Below, in pieces: positions 45,635-54,823 of a stretch of DNA of 64,000 bases. How positions within the stretch are numbered: the stretch's first letter is position 1; the number at the start of each line of letters is the position of its first letter. The notes beneath the pieces are model-generated. The model saw only the letters and a program-made list of their open reading frames with translations. It was not told the origin of the DNA and made no database searches. A program made the position numbers and the translations under genes. Source of the DNA: Bdellovibrionales bacterium GWA1_52_35 (lineage in GTDB: Bacteria > Bdellovibrionota > UBA1018); contig MEPO01000027.1 of NCBI GenBank assembly GCA_001769805.1, positions 75,276-139,275 of the forward strand. The letters run 5' to 3'.

Positions 45635-47882
45635 CGGAATTTCTTACATCCCGTCGAACGTTGTTCTGACCGGAATTCCAAAAATTTCGTTCAAAGATGA
45701 TCGCGCTTTTGGGGTTCTTGATGCAAAGGGGGAATCTCCCCGACTTTATGCCGGGGCTTCAGAACTTGGATTCTATTTCAACGATACGCGATTTCTCGAA
45801 ATCTGGGAGATGACATTCAACGGTGAAGCGCCCCTCCCTCTGGCAAAGGAGGTGAGGTTTTCAGGAAACACCGTGGTGTTTTCGATGACCAACCGGGACC
45901 TGCCGCAATCCGGGGGTACGGGAAGGATAAGAAGGGACTCCCTCCTGATCCGAAGAATCATCAGTCTGGTGGGCGATCGGATTTACGAGACCGTTGATAT
46001 CAAGAATTTTGATCAGCTATCGCATACTTTGCAGGTGGAGCAATGGACGGGAGGTCGCTTTGAAGATGTATTCGAGGTTCGCGGGTTCGTGCGTCTGAAA
46101 CGCGGCAAGGTTCTTCCTACTCTTGAAGAAGAATACAACGGGAATAGATGCTCGACTCTTCAGTACGAAGGTCTCGACGGGCAGCTTCGGCGGACCCATA
46201 TATTCCGGCTATTTCGCGCTGAAAAAATCAGGCTTTCACCTGGTATTGCAGGCTATTTTTCGAGAATCACCATAGCCCCCGGGGAGACGATCGCGCTCAA
46301 AACTGTCGTTTCCTTTAATGACCCCTTCGATTGTTCTTTCCTCGGGAAGCCCTATGCGGAGTTAAGTGCCTCGGAGCAAATGGCGCTGCTGGGAGAAAGA
46401 CACCTGACAAACCCCTTTGCACCACTTGAAATCGAATCGGATAACGCCTTGATCAATCGAGCGATCACCAGCGCCCGAAAGGACATTTTCACCCTGCTGA
46501 CCCGTGAGGAGAATGGCTTGCTTTATCCTTACGCTGGCATTCCCTGGTTTTCAGCCCCCTTCGGGCGAGACGGCCTGATCACCGCCTATCAAATGCTTCC
46601 CTGGAATACGCAGCTGGCCTGCGGAGTACTGGACTATGCCTTTCAACTCCTGGGAACGAAGGACGATCCGTTTACCGATGAGCAGATCGGAAAGGTTTTT
46701 CATGAAATGCGCCGAGGTGAGATGAGCATCACCCGGGAGGTGCCCTTTATCCCCTATTATGGCTCTGTTGATTCCACCCCTCTCGCATTGATTCTTCTCC
46801 ACGAGTACATCCGATGGACGTTGGACCTTCGAAGACTGAAAACCTGGTGGCCCTCAGCACTCAAAGCCCTCCACTGGATTGACCGGGCGATCAATTCGGA
46901 TCGGGATGGCTTTGTGGGATACGAAAAACTTTCGCCAACCGGTTTAGTGAACCAGGGATGGAAGGACTCCCATGACTCGGTCATGCATAATAACGGGAAG
47001 CTTGCCACTTCTCCCATCCGACTATGCGAAGTTCAAGGTTACACATTCCGTGCAAAAATGGGCATGTCTGCTCTCGCCCAGCTCCTGGGGGATTCGTCGC
47101 TCGCGGAAAGGCTGCGTATTGAGGCACTAAACCTTCGCTCCAGATTCATGGAGCGGTTTTGGGATAGTGAGTCCTCCTACTTGTATCTGGCACTCGACGG
47201 AGCAGACCAACCCTGCAAGGTGCGAAGCTCCAACATGGGCCATTGTCTTTGGACTCAGATTTTACCGCGAGAACATGCGCGAAAAGTTTCGAAACTCCTG
47301 ATGTCAGACGCGATGTTCAGTGGCTATGGAATTCGAACTCTGAGCGACACCGAGAAAATGTACAACCCGCTCAGCTATCACAATGGATCGGTCTGGCCGC
47401 ATGATAATTCCATGATCATGGAGGGGTTCAGGCTCTACAATCATCGCCCAGAACTCGAAAATCTGGCCCTCGCTTTGATCGGTGTCTTGGATTCCAGTGA
47501 CGACTTCCGCCTGCCAGAACTTTACTGTGGTTTCAGGAAAAGAGGCAGCGAACCACCAGTCCCTTATGAGGTTGCCTGTAAGCCGCAAGCCTGGGCTGCG
47601 GGATCAGTATTTCTCATGTTAAAATCACTGATCGGCATCAGCATGGATGCCGATCAGAGCTACCTTGTATTCTCGTCACCGACGCTGACCCATAAAATGG
47701 ACCACCTCTCAATCCGCGGTTTACGCGGTAGAGACTGGGAGCTGGACCTGTCGCTCCACAGAACGGCCCACAATGAGACTGTCGTGGAAGTGACCAAAAA
47801 AACAGGCTCAGTAAAGGTGCTTACCGTCCGGCAGCAGCGTGAACCCCTGCAACCAGAAGGGCCAAATAACTTTCCGGCTTGA
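45573..47882 (+). CDS. amylo-alpha-1,6-glucosidase / glycogen-debranching-enzyme family protein (GDE N-domain + (alpha/alpha)6 barrel)
   Basis: N-terminal bacterial GDE-N-like domain. C-terminal 'GIPWFSAPFGRDGLITAYQML' and 'GYGIRTLSDTEKMYNPLSYHNGSVWPHDN' match the amylo-alpha-1,6-glucosidase (GH133-like) catalytic domain. Overlaps the preceding GT4 gene by 62 bp. Confidence 0.75.
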   Translation: MSIDPSVGPPPESSTAPITIDGISYIPSNVVLTGIPKISFKDDRAFGVLDAKGESPRLYAGASELGFYFNDTRFLEIWEMTFNGEAPLPLAKEVRFSGNTVVFSMTNRDLPQSGGTGRIRRDSLLIRRIISLVGDRIYETVDIKNFDQLSHTLQVEQWTGGRFEDVFEVRGFVRLKRGKVLPTLEEEYNGNRCSTLQYEGLDGQLRRTHIFRLFRAEKIRLSPGIAGYFSRITIAPGETIALKTVVSFNDPFDCSFLGKPYAELSASEQMALLGERHLTNPFAPLEIESDNALINRAITSARKDIFTLLTREENGLLYPYAGIPWFSAPFGRDGLITAYQMLPWNTQLACGVLDYAFQLLGTKDDPFTDEQIGKVFHEMRRGEMSITREVPFIPYYGSVDSTPLALILLHEYIRWTLDLRRLKTWWPSALKALHWIDRAINSDRDGFVGYEKLSPTGLVNQGWKDSHDSVMHNNGKLATSPIRLCEVQGYTFRAKMGMSALAQLLGDSSLAERLRIEALNLRSRFMERFWDSESSYLYLALDGADQPCKVRSSNMGHCLWTQILPREHARKVSKLLMSDAMFSGYGIRTLSDTEKMYNPLSYHNGSVWPHDNSMIMEGFRLYNHRPELENLALALIGVLDSSDDFRLPELYCGFRKRGSEPPVPYEVACKPQAWAAGSVFLMLKSLIGISMDADQSYLVFSSPTLTHKMDHLSIRGLRGRDWELDLSLHRTAHNETVVEVTKKTGSVKVLTVRQQREPLQPEGPNNFPA

Positions 47883-48663
47883 GGCTCGCTCCGCCCACGA
47901 GTGCCCCATCCACGTTTGGACAGGCCAAAAGGGAGTTGACGTTCTCTGGTGTCACACTCCCCCCATAGAGGACCTGAGCCTTCTCTGCCGCGCTGGTATC
48001 AACCTGCTCAGACAGGAACCGGCGCACGATCCTGTGAGCTTCTTCCGCCTGCTCAGGAGTCGCCGTCAATCCCGTACCGATCGCCCAGACAGGTTCGTAT
48101 GCCAGCACAAGCCGTCCATCCAGATAAACCGAGGCGCCCGATTCGGCTGAGGGAAACAGCCCCCTCAATTGCCTCGTCAGCACCTGCTCTGTCTGTCCCG
48201 CTTCTCTTTCTGCCCGGGTCTCCCCAATACATGCGATGACTTTGAAATTCTGGGTCAAAAGACTTTCCGTACGCTTGCGCACGGTTTCGTCCGTATCCCC
48301 AAAAAACTGGCGACGCTCAGAATGGCCCGTCAGCACCCAGCTCAAGCCAAGCTCCGCGAGCAATTGTCCCGAGACTTCTCCCGTAAAAGCGCCGCTTTTC
48401 TCCCAATGGGCATTTTGCGCCGCGATTTCAACGGGAAAAGAGAGCATTTTTGCCGCCTCTAGGGCCCGACTCAGACTGAGATACGGAGGAATGATACAGG
48501 CCTTGAGCTTTCCGTTCCGGAACAGTTCAAGAGATTCTCCAGGCATCGCCTGTGCTGCTCGTTCCTTCAGCTCCGAAAAAAACTTTCCAGTGGCTGCGGG
48601 TCCGTTATTCATCTTCCAGTTGCCAGCAATCAATATTCCACGACTATTCATGGCCATGCTCAA
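47821..48663 (-). CDS. tpiA: triosephosphate isomerase
   Basis: 'ILIAGNWKMN', 'CIGETRAEREAG', 'AYEPVWAIGTG' and 'GGS' motifs. Confidence 0.9.
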   Translation of the reverse strand: MSMAMNSRGILIAGNWKMNNGPAATGKFFSELKERAAQAMPGESLELFRNGKLKACIIPPYLSLSRALEAAKMLSFPVEIAAQNAHWEKSGAFTGEVSGQLLAELGLSWVLTGHSERRQFFGDTDETVRKRTESLLTQNFKVIACIGETRAEREAGQTEQVLTRQLRGLFPSAESGASVYLDGRLVLAYEPVWAIGTGLTATPEQAEEAHRIVRRFLSEQVDTSAAEKAQVLYGGSVTPENVNSLLACPNVDGALVGGASLKPESYLALLVAGVHAAAGR

Positions 48664-49859
48664 AGGTGCTTCTGTTCGGTTGCGAGCTGCCGGGTGGTTT
48701 GCTTCAGAATCTCAATGCCGGGAAGGCCATGCCCTTCGAGGTATTCGAGCACGGCGCCGCCACCGGTGGACAGGTGATCAAACTTGTCCGCGACTCCCGA
48801 ATTCTTGATTGCCGAGACAGTGTCTCCACCTCCCACGACTTTCAGTGCCGAAAAATTCGCAACGGCCTTGGCAATATCAAAAGTTCCTGCAGAATATTCG
48901 GGTTTCTCGAACCAGCCCATGGGACCGTTCCAGAAAATCGTCTTCGCGGAACCCAGGAAATCGATATACTTCTTTATGGTCTCCTCGCCGATATCGAAGC
49001 CGAGATTGGTATCATCCGGAATCAGGATTTTCATTTCCTTCTTTTCCGCCTCGCGCATGATATTGCGGGCAGCTTCAACATCATCGGGTTTCGGTTGCTT
49101 CGCACCCTGGGGAACCGTGATTCCTTTGGCCGCCCAGAAGGCATGGGCCATCGCTCCTCCGATCAGGAAGGCATCCACGCTGCGCATCAGAGATTCGATG
49201 GTCTTGATTTTGTCCGTTACCTTCGCCCCACCCAGAACCGCATAAAACGGCTTTTTCGGATTATGTAAAAGCGGGTCGAGGAACTTCAGTTCCTTTTCGA
49301 TCAAAAAGCCCATGCCTTTGACCGGAACAAGCACCGGAACTCCATACGTCGAGGCATGTTTGCGATGAGCGGTACCGAAAGCATCGTTGATATAAACCTG
49401 GGCGAGCCGTGCAAGGCGTCCGGCGAAAGCCGTTTCATTTTCTTCTTCTTCGGCGTGAAAACGAAGATTTTCGAGCAGGAGCACCTGGCCATTTTTAAGA
49501 CTCTTGGCCATGAGTTCGATTCCATCGCCCACGCAATCATCAGCCAGAGTCACGTCCTGACCCAGCAACACCTGAAGACGGCGGGCAACGGGTGCCAGGG
49601 AAAATTCCGGCTTGCGCTTTCCGTCAGGTCTTCCGAGATGCGAAGCCAATATGAGCTTTGCGCCCTTTTCAATCGCATACTTGATGGTGGGCAGGGCTTC
49701 GACAATTCGGTTGTCGTCTTCAACATGGCACTCGCCATTTGCATCCGGCTTGCTCGTGGGAACATTGAAATCCACGCGTATAAAAACAGTTTTGCCAGTG
49801 ATCTCGAGGTCGCGGATGCTCTTGATTGATCCAGTGTTTTGAGTCGATGTCGTTGCCAT
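48660..49859 (-). CDS. pgk: phosphoglycerate kinase
   Basis: 'VFIRVDFNVP', 'ILASHLGRP', 'GGGDT', 'STGGGA' motifs. 399 aa. 4-bp overlap with tpiA. Confidence 0.95.
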   Translation of the reverse strand: MATTSTQNTGSIKSIRDLEITGKTVFIRVDFNVPTSKPDANGECHVEDDNRIVEALPTIKYAIEKGAKLILASHLGRPDGKRKPEFSLAPVARRLQVLLGQDVTLADDCVGDGIELMAKSLKNGQVLLLENLRFHAEEEENETAFAGRLARLAQVYINDAFGTAHRKHASTYGVPVLVPVKGMGFLIEKELKFLDPLLHNPKKPFYAVLGGAKVTDKIKTIESLMRSVDAFLIGGAMAHAFWAAKGITVPQGAKQPKPDDVEAARNIMREAEKKEMKILIPDDTNLGFDIGEETIKKYIDFLGSAKTIFWNGPMGWFEKPEYSAGTFDIAKAVANFSALKVVGGGDTVSAIKNSGVADKFDHLSTGGGAVLEYLEGHGLPGIEILKQTTRQLATEQKHL

Positions 49860-50872
49860 TAGAGTCCCTTTCTTGCCATAAAGGCTGTGAGATCGAGCAT
49901 TCTTGCTGAAAAACCCGTCTCGTTGTCATACCATGCGAGAACTTTCACAAAGTTCCCATGAATTACACTCGTTTGCTCAGCATCTAGAGTCGCACTGAAG
50001 AGTGATCCGTTGAAATCGACCGAAACCAGAGGTTCCGTCGAATATCCTAAAATTCCCTGAAACGCTCCCGTGGCTGCGCTTTCGAAAACCCTGTTCAGAG
50101 CCTCTTTATCCGTCGATCGGGCAAGCTCGCAGGTGAAATCAAGAATCGAAACATTGGGTGTTGGAACCCGGACGGAGGTCCCGGTGATCTTGCCTTGCAG
50201 TTGCGGCAAAACCAGACCGACGGCCTTCGTTGCGCCTGTGGTGGTCGGAATCATCGAGAGGGCTGCGGCCCGGGAGCGGCGTAAATCTTTGTGCGGGAAA
50301 TCGAGAACATTCTGATCATTCGTGTAACTGTGAATTGTCAGCATGGCTCCGCGGATAATTCCAAAATGCTCGTCCAGAACTTTACATACGGGGGCGAGAC
50401 AATTGGTCGTGCAGGAGGAATTGGAAATAATGCTGTGTCGGACAGGATCGTAAGTCTGCTCATTCACACCCATGCAAACAGTGAGATCGGCATCCTTGGA
50501 AGGGGCTGAAATAATGACTCGCTTCGCCCCCGATTGAAGGTGCAAGGCGCATTTTTCTTTTTCGGTAAATACGCCGGTGCACTCATGCACAAGTTCCGCG
50601 CCGAGAGAAGACCAGGGCAAGCGGGAAGGATCTCTTTCTGCTGTGAGCCTGATTTTCCTGGAGCCCAGCAGAATCGTATCCCCCTCAAGCTGGACACCCT
50701 CTCTTAGTGTGCCGTGAACCGAGTCATATTTAAGAAGATGAATGATCTGCTCGGGCCGGCAAAGGTCGTTGATCCCCACGATTTCAATATCATCTCGTTG
50801 GAGAGCCAGTCGCGTGATCACCCGACCAATACGACCGAAGCCATTTATAGCGACCCTTGTTCTAGGGGACAT
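49859..50872 (-). CDS. gap: type I glyceraldehyde-3-phosphate dehydrogenase
   Basis: 'RVAINGFGRIGR' and the active-site 'SNSSCTTNCLAP'. 337 aa. Forms a gap-pgk-tpiA operon. Confidence 0.95.
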   Translation of the reverse strand: MSPRTRVAINGFGRIGRVITRLALQRDDIEIVGINDLCRPEQIIHLLKYDSVHGTLREGVQLEGDTILLGSRKIRLTAERDPSRLPWSSLGAELVHECTGVFTEKEKCALHLQSGAKRVIISAPSKDADLTVCMGVNEQTYDPVRHSIISNSSCTTNCLAPVCKVLDEHFGIIRGAMLTIHSYTNDQNVLDFPHKDLRRSRAAALSMIPTTTGATKAVGLVLPQLQGKITGTSVRVPTPNVSILDFTCELARSTDKEALNRVFESAATGAFQGILGYSTEPLVSVDFNGSLFSATLDAEQTSVIHGNFVKVLAWYDNETGFSARMLDLTAFMARKGL

Positions 50873-50949
50873 GGATGATGGTTATACCTGCCGAGTATTT
50901 TGATTTCAATCAAGCAACCATGACTAAGGGTGCCATTTTGTTGGAAAGT

Positions 50950-51597
50950 TCAGCGCCCGACCAATCGCAAGGCATTCCGGGATTTGAGAGAAGAGCCAAT
51001 CTCTTCCCGGAGGTGGGCTATCGATTCTTCGAGTTTGGTCTCGGCGACCACTTCCTTCATAAACTGCAAAGCGCGTTGTGCCTCAGCCTGGGAAATCGGT
51101 CCGGGTGGGATTTGATTTTCTGCCGCGATGTATCGATCCCGGGTTTTCTGAAGCAAGCCTTCCATGGAATCAATCAGGCCCGAGTAACGGGTCAACAGAG
51201 TTTCTGTCAGGCGGAGGAGTTCCGAATGAGCAACGGCTTTTTTGATCGTATGCCGGAATTCCGTGGGGTGAAAAGGTTTGTCCAATAGCGCAAAAACTCC
51301 CAAATCCAGCGCTTTTACTGCATGACTTTTGTCGGCATAACCAGAAACCACGATCACAGGTGATTCAATTTTCAAGTTTCTCACATGCTCGGTGAGCTGC
51401 AGGCCGTCCATTCCCGGCATTTTGATGTCCGTTACAAAAACAGCGGGAGGACTCCCCGTCTGTAAAGCCGCGATCACCTCCGTCGCAGATGAAAAGGTCC
51501 GTACATCAAAATACTGATTGAGCAACTCCGTACAGGTCTCCAATAAGTCCGCTTCGTCGTCGATGAGCCAGACTGTCGTTTTGGTACTCTCGTTCAT
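50950..51597 (-). CDS. response regulator (REC + ~90-aa helical C-terminal domain of unknown function)
   Basis: 'VWLIDDEADLLE', 'VFVTDIKMPGMDG', 'VIVVSGY', 'LLDKPF'. The C-terminal domain has no recognisable DNA-binding motif. Confidence 0.75.
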   Translation of the reverse strand: MNESTKTTVWLIDDEADLLETCTELLNQYFDVRTFSSATEVIAALQTGSPPAVFVTDIKMPGMDGLQLTEHVRNLKIESPVIVVSGYADKSHAVKALDLGVFALLDKPFHPTEFRHTIKKAVAHSELLRLTETLLTRYSGLIDSMEGLLQKTRDRYIAAENQIPPGPISQAEAQRALQFMKEVVAETKLEESIAHLREEIGSSLKSRNALRLVGR

Positions 51598-51733
51598 GGG
51601 ATCCCCTCTTGATAACTTGTCTTAGTGTGTCGACTTTTTCACTTTAAGAAATGAACTATTTTTTTCAAACTTTTTGTCAAGAACATGACACAGCACAATA
51701 CTCAAGGTTACAGAGCGTCATGACGAAACATAG

Positions 51734-52711
51734 ATGATGAGTACCGATCACCCGGCACGCAAATGCCAACTGGCAAATTACGACGACCTGTTCCTCCGGC
51801 TGAGGGACGCAGCATTGCTGGTCGGTACGGAAGAATTCGAGATCCTCGACTGCAACGATGTTTGTGAGACCCTTCTCGGACAATCCTCCAGCGAACTCCT
51901 GGGCCAGAGCATTCAACGCTGGTCTCCGGAACCGCGGAGAGAGGAACTGTTGAAAACACTGCGCGTGACCCGAAGGCGCTATCACCCGCGGGAATGGGCG
52001 ACAGAGCTGCTGAGGCGGGACGGAACTCCGATGCCCGTCCGCATCAATGCCTGCATGCTCAAACTGAACAATGGACAAGAAGCAATTCAACTCATGTTTC
52101 GAGACATCACCGATGAGATCGAGGCTCAGACTAAAATTCAACTTTATATCGGACAACTTGAGGTTTTGAACAAAAAGCTGGAAGCACTCTCCACAACTGA
52201 CGAGATGACCCAACTGCCAAACTTCCGCGAATTCCAGAACCAGCTCCGGGCCGAACATAGCCGTTCGAGCCGCTATGAAAGCGTGTATTCGATCCTGTTT
52301 TTTGACGTCGATCATTTCAAAAACTACAACGACAGGAACGGACACCCGGCAGGCGATGAGGTTTTACGTCAAATCGCGAAAATTCTGAGAAATAGCTGTC
52401 GAGATACGGATTTTCCTGCCCGTTACGGCGGCGAGGAATTTGTGATCCTGTGTCCCGAAGTCCCCTGGCAGAAAGCTCAGGTCGTAGCGCAAAGAGTGGC
52501 TAAAAAGATCGCGGAGTTTGCATTTCCCTTCGGCGAATTCCAACCGCTAGGACAGGTATCCGTCAGTATCGGAATAGCTAGCTACCCGCAGGACGGCAGC
52601 ACCGCAGAACAAGTGCTGGAAGCCTCCGATAAAGCCGTCTATCAGTCCAAAAAGGACGGGCGAAACCGGATCACTGCTTTCAGCGAGCATAAAAGCCCCC
52701 CCCCCAGCTGA
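51734..52711 (+). CDS. PAS-GGDEF diguanylate cyclase
   Basis: N-terminal PAS-like 'LLVGTEEFEILDCNDVCETLLG'. Coiled-coil. GGDEF domain with 'RYGGEEFVIL' and an I-site-like 'RNSCRD' (RxxD) five residues upstream. Confidence 0.85.
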   Translation: MMSTDHPARKCQLANYDDLFLRLRDAALLVGTEEFEILDCNDVCETLLGQSSSELLGQSIQRWSPEPRREELLKTLRVTRRRYHPREWATELLRRDGTPMPVRINACMLKLNNGQEAIQLMFRDITDEIEAQTKIQLYIGQLEVLNKKLEALSTTDEMTQLPNFREFQNQLRAEHSRSSRYESVYSILFFDVDHFKNYNDRNGHPAGDEVLRQIAKILRNSCRDTDFPARYGGEEFVILCPEVPWQKAQVVAQRVAKKIAEFAFPFGEFQPLGQVSVSIGIASYPQDGSTAEQVLEASDKAVYQSKKDGRNRITAFSEHKSPPPS

Positions 52712-52755
52712 GTCTTTCACCATCGTTTTGTGTATGTTAGGATCCCAGACGAACC

Positions 52756-53184
52756 ATGAACCGGATCTATTTGCTCATTATTATTGTTTTTACGTGCTGC
52801 ATGCCCTTGGGTTGCGGCAGCCCCAAAGCTTTGCAACCGGAAACCAGCACCTGCGTTCAGGGGCAGGCCATCATAGCCGTTTTCGACGGTCTCCTTCAGA
52901 ACCTCTGCGGGTGCCAGGAAACTCCGGGGACTTATGGTACCCTGGATACACCTCTGACCTGTACAGTTTCAGCCGGTTCACGGGTGGCCTTTTTCTACTC
53001 CAATACCCAGCTCATTCATCAACTGATCCCAGCCGAAAATTCGACGTTCGTAGCAAGTCCCGTTTCCGACCCGAATGGGGTATTGAAAGTTCCTGCGCAT
53101 GAAATGATTTTTGATACCCAGGGGATTTATCGTTTCCGGGATGCCTTCAATACCGGCATTCGGGGCCAAATCATTGTTCAGTAA
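52756..53184 (+). CDS. small lipoprotein of unknown function
   Basis: Lipobox 'CMPLGCGS'. Beta-rich 142 aa. The C-terminus 'GIYRFRDAFNTGIRGQIIVQ' is cupredoxin-like in pattern but lacks Cys/His/Met copper ligands. Confidence 0.45.
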   Translation: MNRIYLLIIIVFTCCMPLGCGSPKALQPETSTCVQGQAIIAVFDGLLQNLCGCQETPGTYGTLDTPLTCTVSAGSRVAFFYSNTQLIHQLIPAENSTFVASPVSDPNGVLKVPAHEMIFDTQGIYRFRDAFNTGIRGQIIVQ

Positions 53185-53295
53185 GCCCACTTCGGTCAGT
53201 AATTCCTTAATGTTGGGCAAATTTTTCCCTGTTAAGTACGCCGTCCCTCTCTCCGATAGAGCTATTGAAGAATCACATTATCCAGGAGGGATACC

Positions 53296-53499
53296 ATGCA
53301 GAAGAATTCAAACCAGAATACCCGAAATGAAGAGACCACCACCGAAGTCCTTTATCAGCGTCTGGGATCTCGTTGGTATGCATTCTCTCTGATTGACGAT
53401 GAAGTATTTGTTGGTTCGATTTCAGAAGATGAAGTGGAAGGTCTTTGGCTGGACGCCATTCCAAACAACTCCCTGCAAGCTCCTCATCTGAACCGGTGA
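53296..53499 (+). CDS. small acidic hypothetical protein
   Basis: Strong RBS 'CAGGAGGGATACC-ATG'. 67 aa. 'RWYAFSLIDDEVFVGSI' beta-hairpin-like core. Confidence 0.4.
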   Translation: MQKNSNQNTRNEETTTEVLYQRLGSRWYAFSLIDDEVFVGSISEDEVEGLWLDAIPNNSLQAPHLNR

Positions 53500-53853
53500 T
53501 TGCATGCCTGCAAATATAAAGGCTCCGGAAGATGCGCGGCTGGTTCGCATACTCCAGGAGAAAATTTCTGAACTCGTTTCAACCCATCCGCAAAAAGCTG
53601 CCATTATTTTGACAGCGTGGCTCAATCAGGCCTCCTCCCGCACGTACAAAAAGAAAGTCGGCTAGCTCCCTGACGTGATATTCTTGATTCAGAACGAATC
53701 GGGGGAAGCCATGCTGAAGTACTGCATTCCACTCGCAGCACTACTCATCTCAACAAGCCTGTCGCCGCTCGGCACGCTGTCCAGAGCAAACAGAAGCCCG
53801 GCGATCATTGCGCCGGCCATGGTGGATTATTCGATGCCCGGCAGAGCCGGGAA

Positions 53854-54372
53854 TCAGAGATAGAAAACCGTCACATCGCCCAGATCCTTGTGGGCATGCT
53901 CGGAATAGGTTTCCAAAAATCTTACAAACTGCTGATAAGCCGTATAAGAGCCCAACTTTTGATCCACCGAGCAACCAAAGCGCATGTAGGAAGCATTGCG
54001 ATCGATGGCGGGTCTTGAGTTCTGAATTTTTACGTGGATCTCAAGGTACGTGTCTTGGCTGAAATAGAGCCGTAAGGGAATTTCGTCGGCATCTTTGGGC
54101 CAGGACTGGGAGGCTTCGTAGGGAACCTGGAAAGAGATTCCGTCTTCGCTGACGTCCACGATTTCAATCGGCTTCATCTGGGATTGACCCATGACTGAAT
54201 ATACGCTGAGCAGCTGTTTGAAGAAGATACGTTCTGTTTTACGCCGCTTCTCGTCCAGGCGTTTGGCCCGTACCTCGCTGAAATCGATGACGCGCTTTGT
54301 TTCCGTTCCCTGGCCTGAATTACCTGTTCCTTGGGGCATTGCGAAATCCTCCAAGGGACCTATCGGAAGCAA
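53854..54372 (-). CDS. PilZ-domain c-di-GMP-binding protein
   Basis: 'EKRRKTERIF' (RxxxR) and 'DVSEDGISF' (DxSxxG) motifs. 172 aa. Confidence 0.7.
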   Translation of the reverse strand: MLPIGPLEDFAMPQGTGNSGQGTETKRVIDFSEVRAKRLDEKRRKTERIFFKQLLSVYSVMGQSQMKPIEIVDVSEDGISFQVPYEASQSWPKDADEIPLRLYFSQDTYLEIHVKIQNSRPAIDRNASYMRFGCSVDQKLGSYTAYQQFVRFLETYSEHAHKDLGDVTVFYL

Positions 54373-54424
54373 ATTGAAGGCCCTAAATGAGAAACTTTTG
54401 CTCGCTAATTATTGCCCAGCAAGA

Positions 54425-54823
54425 TCAGACGGGCGGCTGTGCCTCAATCTCAGCAATATCAACGATACTGTCGAGCATCTGTATGAAAGTATTGAATGCC
54501 CGGTAGCTTTTGGACATTTTGTCAGGAAATTCAGCGCCGATTTTACGGGTGGTGCGGTTCTCATCGACGCGCATCACCTGAACAGTGAGCGGCAGGAAAA
54601 GCGATTGATTCAAGTACAGGCGAATATCCAGCGTGTCACCGGGAACTGCCGGAAAAGTCTCTTGTGACTCACCCTCTGTATCCAGCTCGAAGCCGATCCC
54701 TGATTCGCTGACGTCGAGAACCTGCAGGCGATGCACACCCTTTCTGGGTACAACCACAAAAAACGAGAATGTACTTAAAATGGGGCGTCTTTTTGAACGA
54801 CGTCGGTCGATATTACTCGTCAT
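54425..54823 (-). CDS. PilZ-domain c-di-GMP-binding protein
   Basis: 'DRRRSKRRPI' (RxxxR-rich) and 'DVSESGIGF' (DxSxxG). 132 aa. 4-bp overlap with the upstream DUF4339 gene. Confidence 0.7.
   Translation of the reverse strand: MTSNIDRRRSKRRPILSTFSFFVVVPRKGVHRLQVLDVSESGIGFELDTEGESQETFPAVPGDTLDIRLYLNQSLFLPLTVQVMRVDENRTTRKIGAEFPDKMSKSYRAFNTFIQMLDSIVDIAEIEAQPPV

Noticed and set aside
48552-49268. 238-aa plus-strand ORF, and others across 48169..49829
   Set aside because: Antisense to tpiA/pgk, which are unambiguous on the minus strand.
51677-52345. 222-aa minus-strand ORF
   Set aside because: Antisense to the PAS-GGDEF gene, whose motifs (GGEEF) validate the plus frame.
52756-53184. Possible cupredoxin (blue copper) protein
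   Set aside because: A C-terminal beta-strand pattern is reminiscent of cupredoxins, but the Cys/His/Met copper ligands are absent. It is kept only as a generic lipoprotein.
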